A DNA stretch of 40,737 bases, taken from contig JACQPK010000125.1 of the NCBI GenBank assembly GCA_016207565.1, forward strand, positions 1 through 40,737. Reading direction: 5' to 3'. Under the pieces are notes generated by a model, which saw only the letters and a program-made list of their open reading frames with translations, ran no database searches and had not been told where the DNA came from. Positions 27,914 through 36,884 of the stretch are shown in pieces. Source of the DNA: Elusimicrobiota bacterium (GTDB taxonomy: Bacteria; Elusimicrobiota; Elusimicrobia; UBA1565; JACRDR01). Positions within the stretch are counted from its first letter, which is position 1. The number at the start of each line of letters is the position of its first letter. A program made the translations under genes and the position numbers.

Positions 27914-28570
27914 ATGGAGCTCAGAGAGCTGCTCTTCGCCGACCAGGACCTGGATATGCTCCTGGACGGCCTTCCCCCGGAGGACCGGGGGGTGACGTGC
28001 GGCTCCCTGCGCAATCCCTGGCCTCTCCTCTATATGGCCCGGGCCCTCCGGGCCGACGGCCGGGCGCGGCAAGCGGCCGCGCTCCTCCGGCAGATCGGCG
28101 AGGAACGCGAGGTCGAGACGCGCGTGCGCCTGTGGTGCTGGCGGGCCCTGCGCGAGCTGAAGGTGGCGCCGGAGGCGGGGCGGGCCGGGGAGGTCCTCGG
28201 TGTGGTCCTGGAGCTGCCGCTGGCCTTCGGCGTGGATACGCTGGCCGCCTACGTGGACGGGACGGCTCGCTACGTCAACCAGGGTGGGGCGGTGCTGCGT
28301 TTCAGAGGCGAGGACCCGAAAATCACCGCGTTGCTCCGCCGCCTGCTCCGCGAGGCGCAGGCGGTCTCGGGCGGTCTGCCGTTGGGGCCGCGCCGCGCGC
28401 CTCCCAAGAACCGCATCCGCTGCAGCCTGCTTACCCGCGAAGGCATCCGTTCGGGCGAGGAGGAGCTGGGCCGCGCGGGGGAGCGCGGACGCTTCCTCTC
28501 GCCGACGTTCCGCGCCGCGGCCTCCTTGATGTACGGGATCTCCGGCGACGGCGAGCCTCCTCCCTGCTGA
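27914..28570 (+). CDS. Hypothetical cytoplasmic protein (218 aa)
   Basis: ORF track. Codon bias is consistent with coding. I recognise no domain. It sits between the two receiver genes. Confidence 0.6.
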   Translation: MELRELLFADQDLDMLLDGLPPEDRGVTCGSLRNPWPLLYMARALRADGRARQAAALLRQIGEEREVETRVRLWCWRALRELKVAPEAGRAGEVLGVVLELPLAFGVDTLAAYVDGTARYVNQGGAVLRFRGEDPKITALLRRLLREAQAVSGGLPLGPRRAPPKNRIRCSLLTREGIRSGEEELGRAGERGRFLSPTFRAAASLMYGISGDGEPPPC

Positions 28571-28592
28571 TTTTGGTATAACGGGCGCCATC

Positions 28593-29018
28593 ATGGCGCT
28601 CGCGGACCCTTCCACGAAGACCGTCCTCATCGTCGACGACGACGAGGGCGTGCTCAACCTGCTCGAGATCCTGGTCAAGCGCGACGGCTTCAAGGTGGAC
28701 CTCGCCATGACCGGGGACCGCGCGCTGACCCGTCTGGAGCGCAAGCCCGACGCGATGCTCCTCGACCTCATGCTCCCGGGTCAGACGACGGGCTTCGACG
28801 TCCTCAAGAGGCTCCGGGAGCAGCAGAAGGCCGTGCCGCCGATCATCGTGGTGACGGCGTTCGCGACCGACCCGGAGCTCAAGAAGCTCGAGAGCGACCC
28901 CAACATCCGGGCGATCATCTCCAAGCCGATCAACCAGGAGAAGCTGCTCTCCTCCCTGCACGAGGCGCTCAAGACCAAGCCGCCGGAGCGCAAAGCCAAG
29001 CCGTCCAACCCCGCTTGA
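28593..29018 (+). CDS. Stand-alone CheY-like response regulator
   Basis: Motifs are TVLIVDDDEGV, DAMLLDLMLPG, VVTAF and SKP. TGG-TATAAC lies 10 nt upstream of the ATG. Confidence 0.85.
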   Translation: MALADPSTKTVLIVDDDEGVLNLLEILVKRDGFKVDLAMTGDRALTRLERKPDAMLLDLMLPGQTTGFDVLKRLREQQKAVPPIIVVTAFATDPELKKLESDPNIRAIISKPINQEKLLSSLHEALKTKPPERKAKPSNPA

Positions 29019-29842
29019 TCCGCGTCGCGCCCGCGGACGCCGCCGCCGCGCGCGACGGCTTCCTGTTCGCCCCGGTCGCGGTCGGCGCCCTGGTCATCGC
29101 CGGTCCCGATCGTCACGCCTTTCTCCACGGGTTGTTGACGGCGGATGTGAAGGCCCTCGCCAAGGGCGCGTGGACGCCGGCGTACTACCTGACGCCGAAG
29201 GGGCGGCTCGTTGCGCAACTCGCGCTCTACGACCGCGGCGAGGATCTGCTCGCGGTCGCTCGCCCGGAGCATGCGGCGGCGCTCGAGCGAGGACTCGCGA
29301 GGCCCGTCATCCTCACGCAGAGCCGCCTCGAGCCGCTTCGCGACTCGCCGTTTTGGGCCGCGGCGGGACCGATGGCGCCTCCCGGCGGGCTCGAATGCTC
29401 CCTGTTCGGCCCGTGCCGGCTCTATCCGGCCGAGCCGCCGACGGGGACCGGCCGGCGGGTCGACGCCGCCGTGCTCGAGGCGCTGCGGATCCGCGCGGGC
29501 GTCGCCGCGCCCCAAGACCTCGACGAGGAGGCGTTCCCGCTTGAGCTGGGCTCCGAGGCGGGCATCAGCTTCGACAAGGGCTGCTACCTCGGCCAGGAGA
29601 CGACGGCCAAGATGAAGAACCTCGGCCACCCGAACCGGCGGCTGTGCCGCCTCGAGCTGGAGGACGAGGCGCTCGACGGCGCGGAGCTGCTGCTCGGCGG
29701 AGAGCGCGTCGGCCGCGTGACGAGCGCGGCCCGGCTGGGCACGGATGGCCCGATCGGGCTGGCCCTCCTCAAGCGGCACGCGGCCTCCGCCGGGACGAGG
29801 TTGTCGTCGCCCGGCGGAGGCGCGGCGATCGTCGCCGCCTAG
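29015..29842 (+). CDS. ygfZ: YgfZ/CAF17-type folate-binding protein (aminomethyltransferase fold)
   Basis: The signature ISFDKGCYLGQE is present. The TTG start overlaps the previous stop. Confidence 0.75.
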   Translation: MIRVAPADAAAARDGFLFAPVAVGALVIAGPDRHAFLHGLLTADVKALAKGAWTPAYYLTPKGRLVAQLALYDRGEDLLAVARPEHAAALERGLARPVILTQSRLEPLRDSPFWAAAGPMAPPGGLECSLFGPCRLYPAEPPTGTGRRVDAAVLEALRIRAGVAAPQDLDEEAFPLELGSEAGISFDKGCYLGQETTAKMKNLGHPNRRLCRLELEDEALDGAELLLGGERVGRVTSAARLGTDGPIGLALLKRHAASAGTRLSSPGGGAAIVAA

Positions 29843-30096
29843 ACGGCTTCCCGGGCCTGCTCGATTCCTTCCCGGGCCATGCCCTCGGCCGCGCCGGCCA
29901 CGCCGGCGGCCTTCACCCGGAACGGCAGCCGGTCGATCACGCGGCGCGCGATGCCTTTGCCGCGCTCGGTGTAGTCCGCGATATCCTCGCGGAGCTCCGA
30001 GCCCGGCTTGGTCGCCAACAGCAGGCCCGCCACGAGGCCCGCGGAGGCGCCGATCAGGAAATACCTGAAGCCCGACGTTTCCTCTTGTTCCACCAT
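29839..30096 (-). CDS. YtxH-like small membrane-associated protein
   Basis: FLIGASAGLVAGLLLATKPGSELRED matches the YtxH pattern. Confidence 0.65.
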   Translation of the reverse strand: MVEQEETSGFRYFLIGASAGLVAGLLLATKPGSELREDIADYTERGKGIARRVIDRLPFRVKAAGVAGAAEGMAREGIEQAREAV

Positions 30097-30100
30097 CGAA

Positions 30101-30370
30101 TCACACCTCCGTCTCTTTGCGGTCGTGTCCGGTCACCTTCACCAGCTTGTTGTAGAGTCCGAGGATCAGAAACACGGGCGCCAGTTGGGTGATGAACGCT
30201 CCGGCCTCCCGGCGCTGCCGCAGTTGCATGATGAAGCCGAGTCCCAGAGCGCTGAGGGCGCCCCAGAGGAAGACGTCCGACGGCACGCGCGACGTCTGGG
30301 TCTCGAGGGCCTTGGCGATCCGGCCCTCGGCCTGTCGGGGGAATTGCTCGACGACGTTCTTGTGGATCAT
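30101..30370 (-). CDS. Small two-TM membrane protein
   Basis: ATG 30370 has AGGAGAG upstream, and a perfect TATAAT (30394..30389) lies 18 nt upstream. The track extension is Arg-rich. Confidence 0.6.
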   Translation of the reverse strand: MIHKNVVEQFPRQAEGRIAKALETQTSRVPSDVFLWGALSALGLGFIMQLRQRREAGAFITQLAPVFLILGLYNKLVKVTGHDRKETEV

Positions 30371-30500
30371 GGATGCTCTCCTGCGGGCATTATAGGAGCG
30401 GCGCGAGGGCATGGCCGTGCCGGCACTGTAAAGAATCCGTGTGTCCCCGGTGCCCTAAAGGGCTCTCCGGCGTCTTCGACGCCGGGTGCCCGATGACGCC

Positions 30501-30529
30501 TTGACACTCCACGACGGCCGCCGCATACT
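30501..30529 (+). promoter_or_regulatory. Family promoter TTGACA-17-CATACT, leaderless
   Basis: TTGACA is at 30501..30506 and CATACT at 30524..30529. TCGTAAT follows, then GTG 30537. Confidence 0.65.
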
Positions 30530-30536
30530 TCGTAAT

Positions 30537-32111
30537 GTGCCGTTGACCGTCAACGACGAGGAAGAGGCCCGTCAGCGAAGGAAGCTGGCATGGCTCGGCG
30601 TAGGCGCGCTCGCCTTGATCGGGGCGGGCGCGGGCGTGGCGCTCTGGATGCGCGCCCCCGACGCCGCGTCGGGCAGCGTCCCGTTCCCGACCGCCAAGCT
30701 CGTCATGCCGCAGACCGAGGACTCGCCGAGCGAGCTCGAAAAGGAGCTCGGCTTCACGCGCCTGATGGAGATCCTCGGGATGGAGTCCCAGAGGCCGGCG
30801 GTCGCGGCCGTCGCCCGTCCTTTCGTGCGCGCGTTCAACGAGCGGCCCGAGCTCAAGCGCACCTACGAGGACTTCAAGAAGCGGGCCAAGCTCGGCCAGA
30901 AGCCGACGGCGAAGGAGTTCATGGCCTCGCTCCGGTCCCAGCCCGCGTTCGGGCGGCTGACGGGAGAGTTCGGCCGGGGCGGCGGCGGGGGAGGCGGCTC
31001 GAGCGCGATGCTGGCCTTGGCCCAGCACCCCGAGCTCAAGCGGTTTCTCGGCGAGCAGGCGCGGGTCGTCGGCGCCGAGGGCGGGGGCGCCGCGCGCGAC
31101 AAAAAGGGGGTCCTGGCCAAGTCGCCCGCGAGCGCCGGCCAGGGGGCGGCCTCCGGCTCGGGCTCCGGCTCCGGAGCCGGCTCGGCGGCGAAGGGCCCGG
31201 GCGGCTTCTCGGCCGCCGAGCTCGCGCAGTTGGCGAGCGTCGGCCCCTCGGTCGCGGCCGGAGGCGAGACCGGCACGCAGAGCTCGCCCGGGAACGCGCC
31301 GTCCGGGAGCGGCTCCGACGCGCACGACGCGACCAAGCTCGACAAGGAGTGGAAGGACGAGAAGAACATCACTCTCTCCGAGGACGTGAAGAAGCTCAAC
31401 AAGGTCCTCAAGCAGTACCCCTGCCTGGCGCCGCTCGGCGAGGCGAAGCTGCTCCGCTTCATCAACGGGGCCGACATCGACCGCGTCGGCGTCTGGGGCG
31501 CCTGCTTCCAGCTGAAGTGGTACCAGGAGTGCCACGCGACCAACTGCACGCCGCCCCTGGGAGAGTTCCCCTGCTGGCAGGCCTGCCTCGACGCGAACCA
31601 GGACAACGAGCGCGCGTGCATCCAGAAGGTGCGCTCGCAGCCGGGCTGCAGCCAGACCGATATCCCGCCGCAGATCTGGGAGGCGAACTGCGTGCCCAGG
31701 CGCAACCCGCAGACGGGCAAATGTCTCGCCCGCACGCCGCCCATCACGGAGTGTGGCCTCGGGCAGTGCGTCGACCAGGCCCCCGCCGCCGCGCTGCTCC
31801 CCACCCCCAGCCCGGCCGCCCCGCAGGAAGTGCCGGCCGATCCCATCGAGTTCGCCTTGATGATGGAGACCGCGGGCTGCGGGTCGGGGGACGCGGCGTG
31901 CGCCCAGCGTTTCGTGGACTCCTTCAACGATCCGAACAGCCCCAATTTCGGTAGGAACTACAACCTGGACGAAGACGGCAACCCGGTCTACCGAGACGCG
32001 CAGGACTGGTTCCGGCGGACGGTCGACGAAAACCCGGAGCGGGCGAAGGAACTCCTCGAGAAGTACCCGCAGATACTGAAGAAGTACCCCGAGTTCAGGA
32101 ACGTCGAGTAA
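30537..32111 (+). CDS. Membrane-anchored Cys-rich exported protein, paralog 2
   Basis: The start is moved to GTG 30537. VPLTVNDEEEARQRRKLAW aligns with the MPLINPKSEDQIRQERKVW start of paralog 3, and the promoter lies inside the longer track ORF. There is a conserved module (LGFTRLMEILGMESQRP...AMLALAQHPELKRFLGEQ), a GS linker, and 14 Cys in the C-terminal half. Confidence 0.85.
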   Translation: MPLTVNDEEEARQRRKLAWLGVGALALIGAGAGVALWMRAPDAASGSVPFPTAKLVMPQTEDSPSELEKELGFTRLMEILGMESQRPAVAAVARPFVRAFNERPELKRTYEDFKKRAKLGQKPTAKEFMASLRSQPAFGRLTGEFGRGGGGGGGSSAMLALAQHPELKRFLGEQARVVGAEGGGAARDKKGVLAKSPASAGQGAASGSGSGSGAGSAAKGPGGFSAAELAQLASVGPSVAAGGETGTQSSPGNAPSGSGSDAHDATKLDKEWKDEKNITLSEDVKKLNKVLKQYPCLAPLGEAKLLRFINGADIDRVGVWGACFQLKWYQECHATNCTPPLGEFPCWQACLDANQDNERACIQKVRSQPGCSQTDIPPQIWEANCVPRRNPQTGKCLARTPPITECGLGQCVDQAPAAALLPTPSPAAPQEVPADPIEFALMMETAGCGSGDAACAQRFVDSFNDPNSPNFGRNYNLDEDGNPVYRDAQDWFRRTVDENPERAKELLEKYPQILKKYPEFRNVE

Positions 32112-32988
32112 TCCCCAGCAGCGCCGCGCCGATCACGCCCGCGGAGTCCCCGAGCTCGTGCCGCACGATGGGCGTCTCCAGCCGGTCGTTGAAGACCCGG
32201 GCGCGGACCTCGGACTTCCCCCGCGTGTAGAGCTCGCGCAGGTTCGAGACGCCGCCGCCCAAGACGATCACGTCCGGGTCGAGCACGTCGATCACGTTGG
32301 CGAGCGCGCGCCCGAATCGCGAGAGGAACTCGCCCAAGAACGCCGCGGCGCGCCTGTCCCCGCGCCGCGCGGCGCGGACAATCTCCGGCAGGCGCTTCGG
32401 GCTTCCGTAGCGCTCTCGCCAGGCGCGCTCGAGCCCGCCCCCGCTGATGAGGGCCTCGACGCAGCCGCGCTGCCCGCAGTAGCACGCCGGGCCCGCCGGG
32501 TCGATGGAGTGATGGCCCCACTCTCCCGCGATCCCTTGGCGGCCCTCCCAAATCTTCCCGTCGAAGACGATGCCGCCCCCGCAGCCCGTGCCGAGGATGA
32601 CGCCGAAGACGACGCGATGCCCTCGCCCGGCCCCTCGCGCGGCCTCGGCCAGCGCGAAGCAGTTCGCGTCGTTGTGCACGGCGAGCGGCCGCTCCAGCTT
32701 GCGCTCGAGGTCGCGCGCGAGCGGGCGGCCGTTGAGGCAGAGCGTGTTCGAGTTGCGCAGGAGTCCGGTGCGGGGGCTGATGCCGCCGGGAGTGCCGATC
32801 CCGAGGGTGTGAGGTCCGGGGCCGGCCGCGCGGAGCATCCGTTGATGCAGGAGCGCGATGCGGCCGAGGATCCCGTCGTAGCCGAGCTCACGGCGCGTCG
32901 GGATCCGGCGTCGCCAGCGGACGCGGCCCCGATCGTCGAGGACGACTCCCTCGATCTTGGTCCCGCCGAGGTCGATCCCGAGCTTCAA
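32095..32988 (-). CDS. ROK-family sugar kinase
   Basis: Motifs are GIDLGGTKI and the zinc motif CYCGQRGCVEALISG. Its 3' end overlaps 30537..32111 by 17 nt. Confidence 0.85.
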   Translation of the reverse strand: MKLGIDLGGTKIEGVVLDDRGRVRWRRRIPTRRELGYDGILGRIALLHQRMLRAAGPGPHTLGIGTPGGISPRTGLLRNSNTLCLNGRPLARDLERKLERPLAVHNDANCFALAEAARGAGRGHRVVFGVILGTGCGGGIVFDGKIWEGRQGIAGEWGHHSIDPAGPACYCGQRGCVEALISGGGLERAWRERYGSPKRLPEIVRAARRGDRRAAAFLGEFLSRFGRALANVIDVLDPDVIVLGGGVSNLRELYTRGKSEVRARVFNDRLETPIVRHELGDSAGVIGAALLGITRRS

Positions 32989-33857
32989 CTCGCGGGCTGG
33001 CGCGCGAGGATCGCGGCGCGGAGCTCGATCACGACCCGGACGTAGTACTCCGAGTGGTTATACGCGTAGATCGCCCACCAGTTGCGCGAGCCCCGGTCGA
33101 ACGAGCCGCCCGGCTCGTAGTTGTGCCGGGCCTCGTAGTTGGCGACCGAGCCGAGGACGTCGGGCCACTGGTCGTGCCGGCGGCGGCCGTCGCCGTCGAA
33201 GTCGACCGCGTAGGCGTTGAAGCTCGAGGGGATGAACTGCGCGAAGCCGAACGCGCCCGCGTAGGAGCCGAGGAGTCCGTGCACCTCGAGGCCGTTGCCT
33301 CGGCACAGCTTGAGGAACTCGGCCAGCTCGCGCGCGGCCCAGTCCGAGCGGGACGGCACCTTCATGGTGATCGTGTAGAGCGCGTTGAAGACGCCGAAAG
33401 TGCCGGCGCGGCGGCCGTAAAACGTCTCGATGCCCACGAACGAGGCCACCAGTCCGGGGTCCACGCCGTAGCGGCGCTCGACGGTCTCGAGCAGCCCGCG
33501 GTTCTCGGCGAAGAACCGCGCCCCGGCCGCGATCCGCTCCTCGGTCATGAAGTAGCGCCGGTAGCCCTCGTAGGTGCCGTTGCGCTCGGGGGCCTGCCGG
33601 AAGCGGTCCTCGATCCCGGGCAGCACGCGGGCGCCCGCGAAGGCCGCGTCGACGAACTCGGCCGGCAGGGTTCCGGCGAGCGAGCGATCGACCTTGGCGC
33701 GGACCTCGGCGGGGCTCAGCCCCTCCGAGGCGCGGCGGAACAGCCCGGCCGTCGCGAGCTCCTGCGACAGGCCGAGCCGCAGGCCCTCCAACTCGGCCAA
33801 GAAAGGCTCGGCGCCGGCGGGCACGGCGAGGAGGCATGCCAACAAGATGGGTCTCAT
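32985..33857 (-). CDS. mltB: Lytic murein transglycosylase (MltB/SLT_2 family)
   Basis: Motifs are GIETFYGRRAG and GAFGFAQFIPSSF. ATG 33857 (MRPILLACLL...) has TGC-TAGGAT 8 nt upstream. Confidence 0.8.
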   Translation of the reverse strand: MRPILLACLLAVPAGAEPFLAELEGLRLGLSQELATAGLFRRASEGLSPAEVRAKVDRSLAGTLPAEFVDAAFAGARVLPGIEDRFRQAPERNGTYEGYRRYFMTEERIAAGARFFAENRGLLETVERRYGVDPGLVASFVGIETFYGRRAGTFGVFNALYTITMKVPSRSDWAARELAEFLKLCRGNGLEVHGLLGSYAGAFGFAQFIPSSFNAYAVDFDGDGRRRHDQWPDVLGSVANYEARHNYEPGGSFDRGSRNWWAIYAYNHSEYYVRVVIELRAAILARQPAS

Positions 33858-33977
33858 TTCCGCCGATCCTAGCAAATCGCGGTCCGGCCCGTGCCTCGGG
33901 GAGCGCCGTCAATCGGCGGGCTGGCGCGTGATCGTGGAGCTGCCCCAGCGCTACCCCGAGCTTCCGATGAGCGATCG

Positions 33978-34901
33978 CTAACGCCCGCCGGAGACGTCCC
34001 AGCCGGCCGTCCCCGGGAGCACCGTGCTCGTGCTGACCGTCAGGGCTCGCGGGGTCTCCGGCTCGTCGCCGGGCGGCGCCGTCTCGCCTTGCGGGTTCAC
34101 CTCGACGAGGAACGCCGGCCCGCGCACGAAGGCCGGGCGGTTGATCGTCCGGAGCTCGAAGTCGTTCTTGTCGCCGACCATCACGTCCGCCGCCCCCGCG
34201 GCGATCGTGCCGCGGTTCTCGTTGTCGACGGCGGCGGTCGAGTCCGCGCGGAGCTTCAGGCGCGTGCCGTCGGGAAACGCGATCAGCGCGTAGGAGTTCG
34301 CGGAGGTCTGGACGACGCTCCCTTGGTGCAGCGTGAGCGGGAGCTGCGTCGCCCGCACCGTGCCGAACGGGAGCTGGACCTCCACGAAGCCCTTCACGGC
34401 CAGGAGTCGCGCCGCGATGGGCCGGCCGTCGCCCAGCGCGGCCATCTTCCCTCGGCCTTTGCCGGCCATTGCGACGGAGAACAGCTTCCCGCGCACGCGG
34501 ACCGGGACGGTGCCGGTCTGCACGCCGACGATCTGGCGGGGCGCGGCCAGCGCTTTGATCCGGCCCGCCTCGAGCCGGCAGAGGGAGGAGGTGAAGCGCA
34601 GCTCCGCGTGCGAGCCCACCGACAGAGAGCTCCCGTCGTCGTACTCCAAGAGGGCGCGGCTCAGGGTCCCTGTCCGAAGCGACATGCCGACGCCGAGCGG
34701 GAGGGGCATCTCCGGCGGCGCGCGGAACTCGGCCTTGTCCGGCTCCCGCACCTCGACCCGGCCGCCCGTCTGCACCAGGCTCACGCCCGCGTAGGGGAGG
34801 GTCGTCTCGGTCGCGAGGCCCCGGTCCGGCGGGGCCGCGAGCGCGCCGGCGGCGGCGCCCACCCCGACGGCGAGCAGCGTCGCGAAGAGTTCGTTTCGCA
34901 T
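33978..34901 (-). CDS. Secreted protein with two FecR-like domains
   Basis: A signal peptide is present. SLRTGTLSRALLEYDDGSSLSVGSHAEL and VVQTSANSYALIAFPDGTRLKLRADS follow the FecR pattern. TAGAAT lies 6 nt upstream of the ATG. Confidence 0.65.
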   Translation of the reverse strand: MRNELFATLLAVGVGAAAGALAAPPDRGLATETTLPYAGVSLVQTGGRVEVREPDKAEFRAPPEMPLPLGVGMSLRTGTLSRALLEYDDGSSLSVGSHAELRFTSSLCRLEAGRIKALAAPRQIVGVQTGTVPVRVRGKLFSVAMAGKGRGKMAALGDGRPIAARLLAVKGFVEVQLPFGTVRATQLPLTLHQGSVVQTSANSYALIAFPDGTRLKLRADSTAAVDNENRGTIAAGAADVMVGDKNDFELRTINRPAFVRGPAFLVEVNPQGETAPPGDEPETPRALTVSTSTVLPGTAGWDVSGGR

Positions 34902-35080
34902 GGCGCAATTCTATCGTCGGCCGGCGAGTCTCCCCATAGCGACCCGGTGACGTTTTGGCGGTCCGGGCTTGAGCCCCCGGCGCCGTCACCCCGCGCGTAC
35001 GCCGAGGCGCTACACTAGATTCGCCGGTTCGCGCCCCGTAAAGTCGTATTCGTCAACACTAGCGTCTCAGGGAGAGAGTC

Positions 35081-35665
35081 ATGCCAATCAAAGAGCTCGT
35101 CTACCCCGCGTCGGGAAGCGTCCCCTACATCAACGTCCAGCAACGCGCGTCCTGGGGCGCGATCTTCGTCGGGTCGGTGGTTGCCCTCGCGTGCATGCTG
35201 AGCCTCGGGTCCTTGGGGCTCGGGATCGGCTTGCTCGCGGGCGACTCCGCGGCCGGGATCGGTATCGCCGCGGGCGCATGGTGGCTGTTGTCGAGCGCGG
35301 TCTCGTTCTACATCGGCGGCTGGTTCACCGGTCGGCTGACCGGCTTCGGGCGCGTCAGCGAGAGCGTGGTGCACGGAGTGGCCTGCTGGGCGGTGGTCAC
35401 GGTCGCCGTCGCGAGCCTCTTGGCCGGAGGCGCGGGCTCCGCGCTTGCGGGCCTCGCCGGAGTGGTCGGCGGCGGCGCGCTGGACGGCCTCCGCGAGACG
35501 CCGGCCCCGCTGGGCGACGTCGTCCGGCAGGGCGCGCCCAGGGCGGGAATCGCCGGGCTAATCGCCTTCGTCGCGATGTGCGCCCAGGCCGTCTCCGCGG
35601 CCCTCGGCGCCCGCAACGGGACCCGGATCCTCCGTCCCGCCATGCAGGAGGGCTACCGGCGCTGA
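35081..35665 (+). CDS. Gly/Ala-rich multi-TM membrane protein, unknown function
   Basis: GGGAGAGAG lies 3 nt upstream of the ATG. There are 4-5 hydrophobic segments. Confidence 0.65.
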   Translation: MPIKELVYPASGSVPYINVQQRASWGAIFVGSVVALACMLSLGSLGLGIGLLAGDSAAGIGIAAGAWWLLSSAVSFYIGGWFTGRLTGFGRVSESVVHGVACWAVVTVAVASLLAGGAGSALAGLAGVVGGGALDGLRETPAPLGDVVRQGAPRAGIAGLIAFVAMCAQAVSAALGARNGTRILRPAMQEGYRR

Positions 35666-36766
35666 TCTGGAGCGGTAGTCTCTCGCCCACTCGTGCACGT
35701 CGATGTTCTGGAAGTCCTCGCCCCGCCAGCCCGGGGCGTCGTGGTCGAGCGCGTGCTCGGTCTCCCAGCGCGGCCGGGCGAGCCGCCCCCAGCCGGTCTC
35801 GAACAGGAGGCGGACGTCGGGATCCAGCCGCTCCCAGTGTTCCCAGTCCGCCCGGCGGAACGCCCACGCCATCGCAGGGCGCAGCTCGTAGAGCTCCCCT
35901 TCGGCGTTCGGCTCCTCGAGCGGCGTGGAGAGGCCGTAGCCGCAGCCGGGCCACTGCGTCTCGGACCAGCCGAAGTAGTAGGCCTCGGCGACGCCGGCCG
36001 CCTCCTCCAGCGCCTCCACGAACTGACGCATGATCCGTCCGTTCTGCTCGGGGCGCGAGCCGCACTTGCCCCACTCGGTGATGCTGACCGGCTTGCCGAA
36101 CCCCGCGTAGCTGTCCTGGACGCGGCGGGCGAGCGCCGGGAGGTCTCCGTAGAGGTGGACGGAGAGCCCGTCCACGTCGCTCAGGATTCCGTCGGCGGCG
36201 CGCGCCGCGGCGCGGAGGTAGGCGACCGACCAGCCGTCGTGCAGCAAGGAGCCGAGCAGGACAGGGGCGCCCGGGTGCGCCCGCCGGACCGCGGAGATCG
36301 CCTCGCGGGCCAGCGGACCGTATTCCTCCGGCGGCATGTAGCTGCCCGTGACGTTCGGCTCGTTCCAGAGCTGGTACGAGACGGCCCCGCCGAAGCCCGC
36401 CAGGCGCGCTGCCGCGTCTTCCGCCGCCCGGACGTAGTCGGCTCGGTACTGCGCCCAGGTCTCTCGAGGCGGCGGCCAATGCGCGCCGACCAGGTCGGCG
36501 GTCTCGTTGTTGAGGACGATCGTCGCGTGGATGCCGGCCTGCGCGTAGCGCTCGACGGCCGCGAGCATCTCCGCGTGGTCGCCCTTGTACACGAACCGCA
36601 CCCTCGTCAAGCCGAGCCGCCGGACGACCTCCGCGCTCGGGTAGGCCCACGGGTTCGCGGGGTCGATGTTGACGCCGCGCAGCCCCGCGCGTAACTCGTG
36701 CGCGGCCCGCGCGGGCAGGGACGCGAGGACTACGACGCCGACTGCGGCAATGAGGAATCGGTTCAT
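35558..36766 (-). CDS. Secreted clan GH-A (TIM-barrel) glycoside hydrolase
   Basis: The signal peptide is MNRFLIAAVGVVVLASLPARA. YQLWNEPN provides the acid/base Glu and SITEWG the nucleophile Glu. The last 108 nt overlap 35081..35665. Confidence 0.7.
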   Translation of the reverse strand: MNRFLIAAVGVVVLASLPARAAHELRAGLRGVNIDPANPWAYPSAEVVRRLGLTRVRFVYKGDHAEMLAAVERYAQAGIHATIVLNNETADLVGAHWPPPRETWAQYRADYVRAAEDAAARLAGFGGAVSYQLWNEPNVTGSYMPPEEYGPLAREAISAVRRAHPGAPVLLGSLLHDGWSVAYLRAAARAADGILSDVDGLSVHLYGDLPALARRVQDSYAGFGKPVSITEWGKCGSRPEQNGRIMRQFVEALEEAAGVAEAYYFGWSETQWPGCGYGLSTPLEEPNAEGELYELRPAMAWAFRRADWEHWERLDPDVRLLFETGWGRLARPRWETEHALDHDAPGWRGEDFQNIDVHEWARDYRSRSAPVALLHGGTEDPGPVAGAEGRGDGLGAHRDEGD

Positions 36767-36884
36767 GCCTGAAGGGTAGCCCGCTCGTCGAACGGGCTCC
36801 ATTCAAGCGCGCGGAAGGGACGTGGGCGTGGAATCCCGGACGAAATTCCGGTGCCGGTTGATTTCCTGGCCGGGGAGCTTCCGA

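Noticed and set aside
30486-30536. The longer N-terminus (GTG 30486) for Cys-rich paralog 2. The same applies to the extended track starts at 12079, 19033, 9587, 23791, 27774, 33875, 36802 and 30412.
   Set aside because: The extensions are Arg-rich or unconserved and contain the promoter elements. The shorter starts align with paralogs or give proper signal peptides, SD sequences or leaderless spacing.
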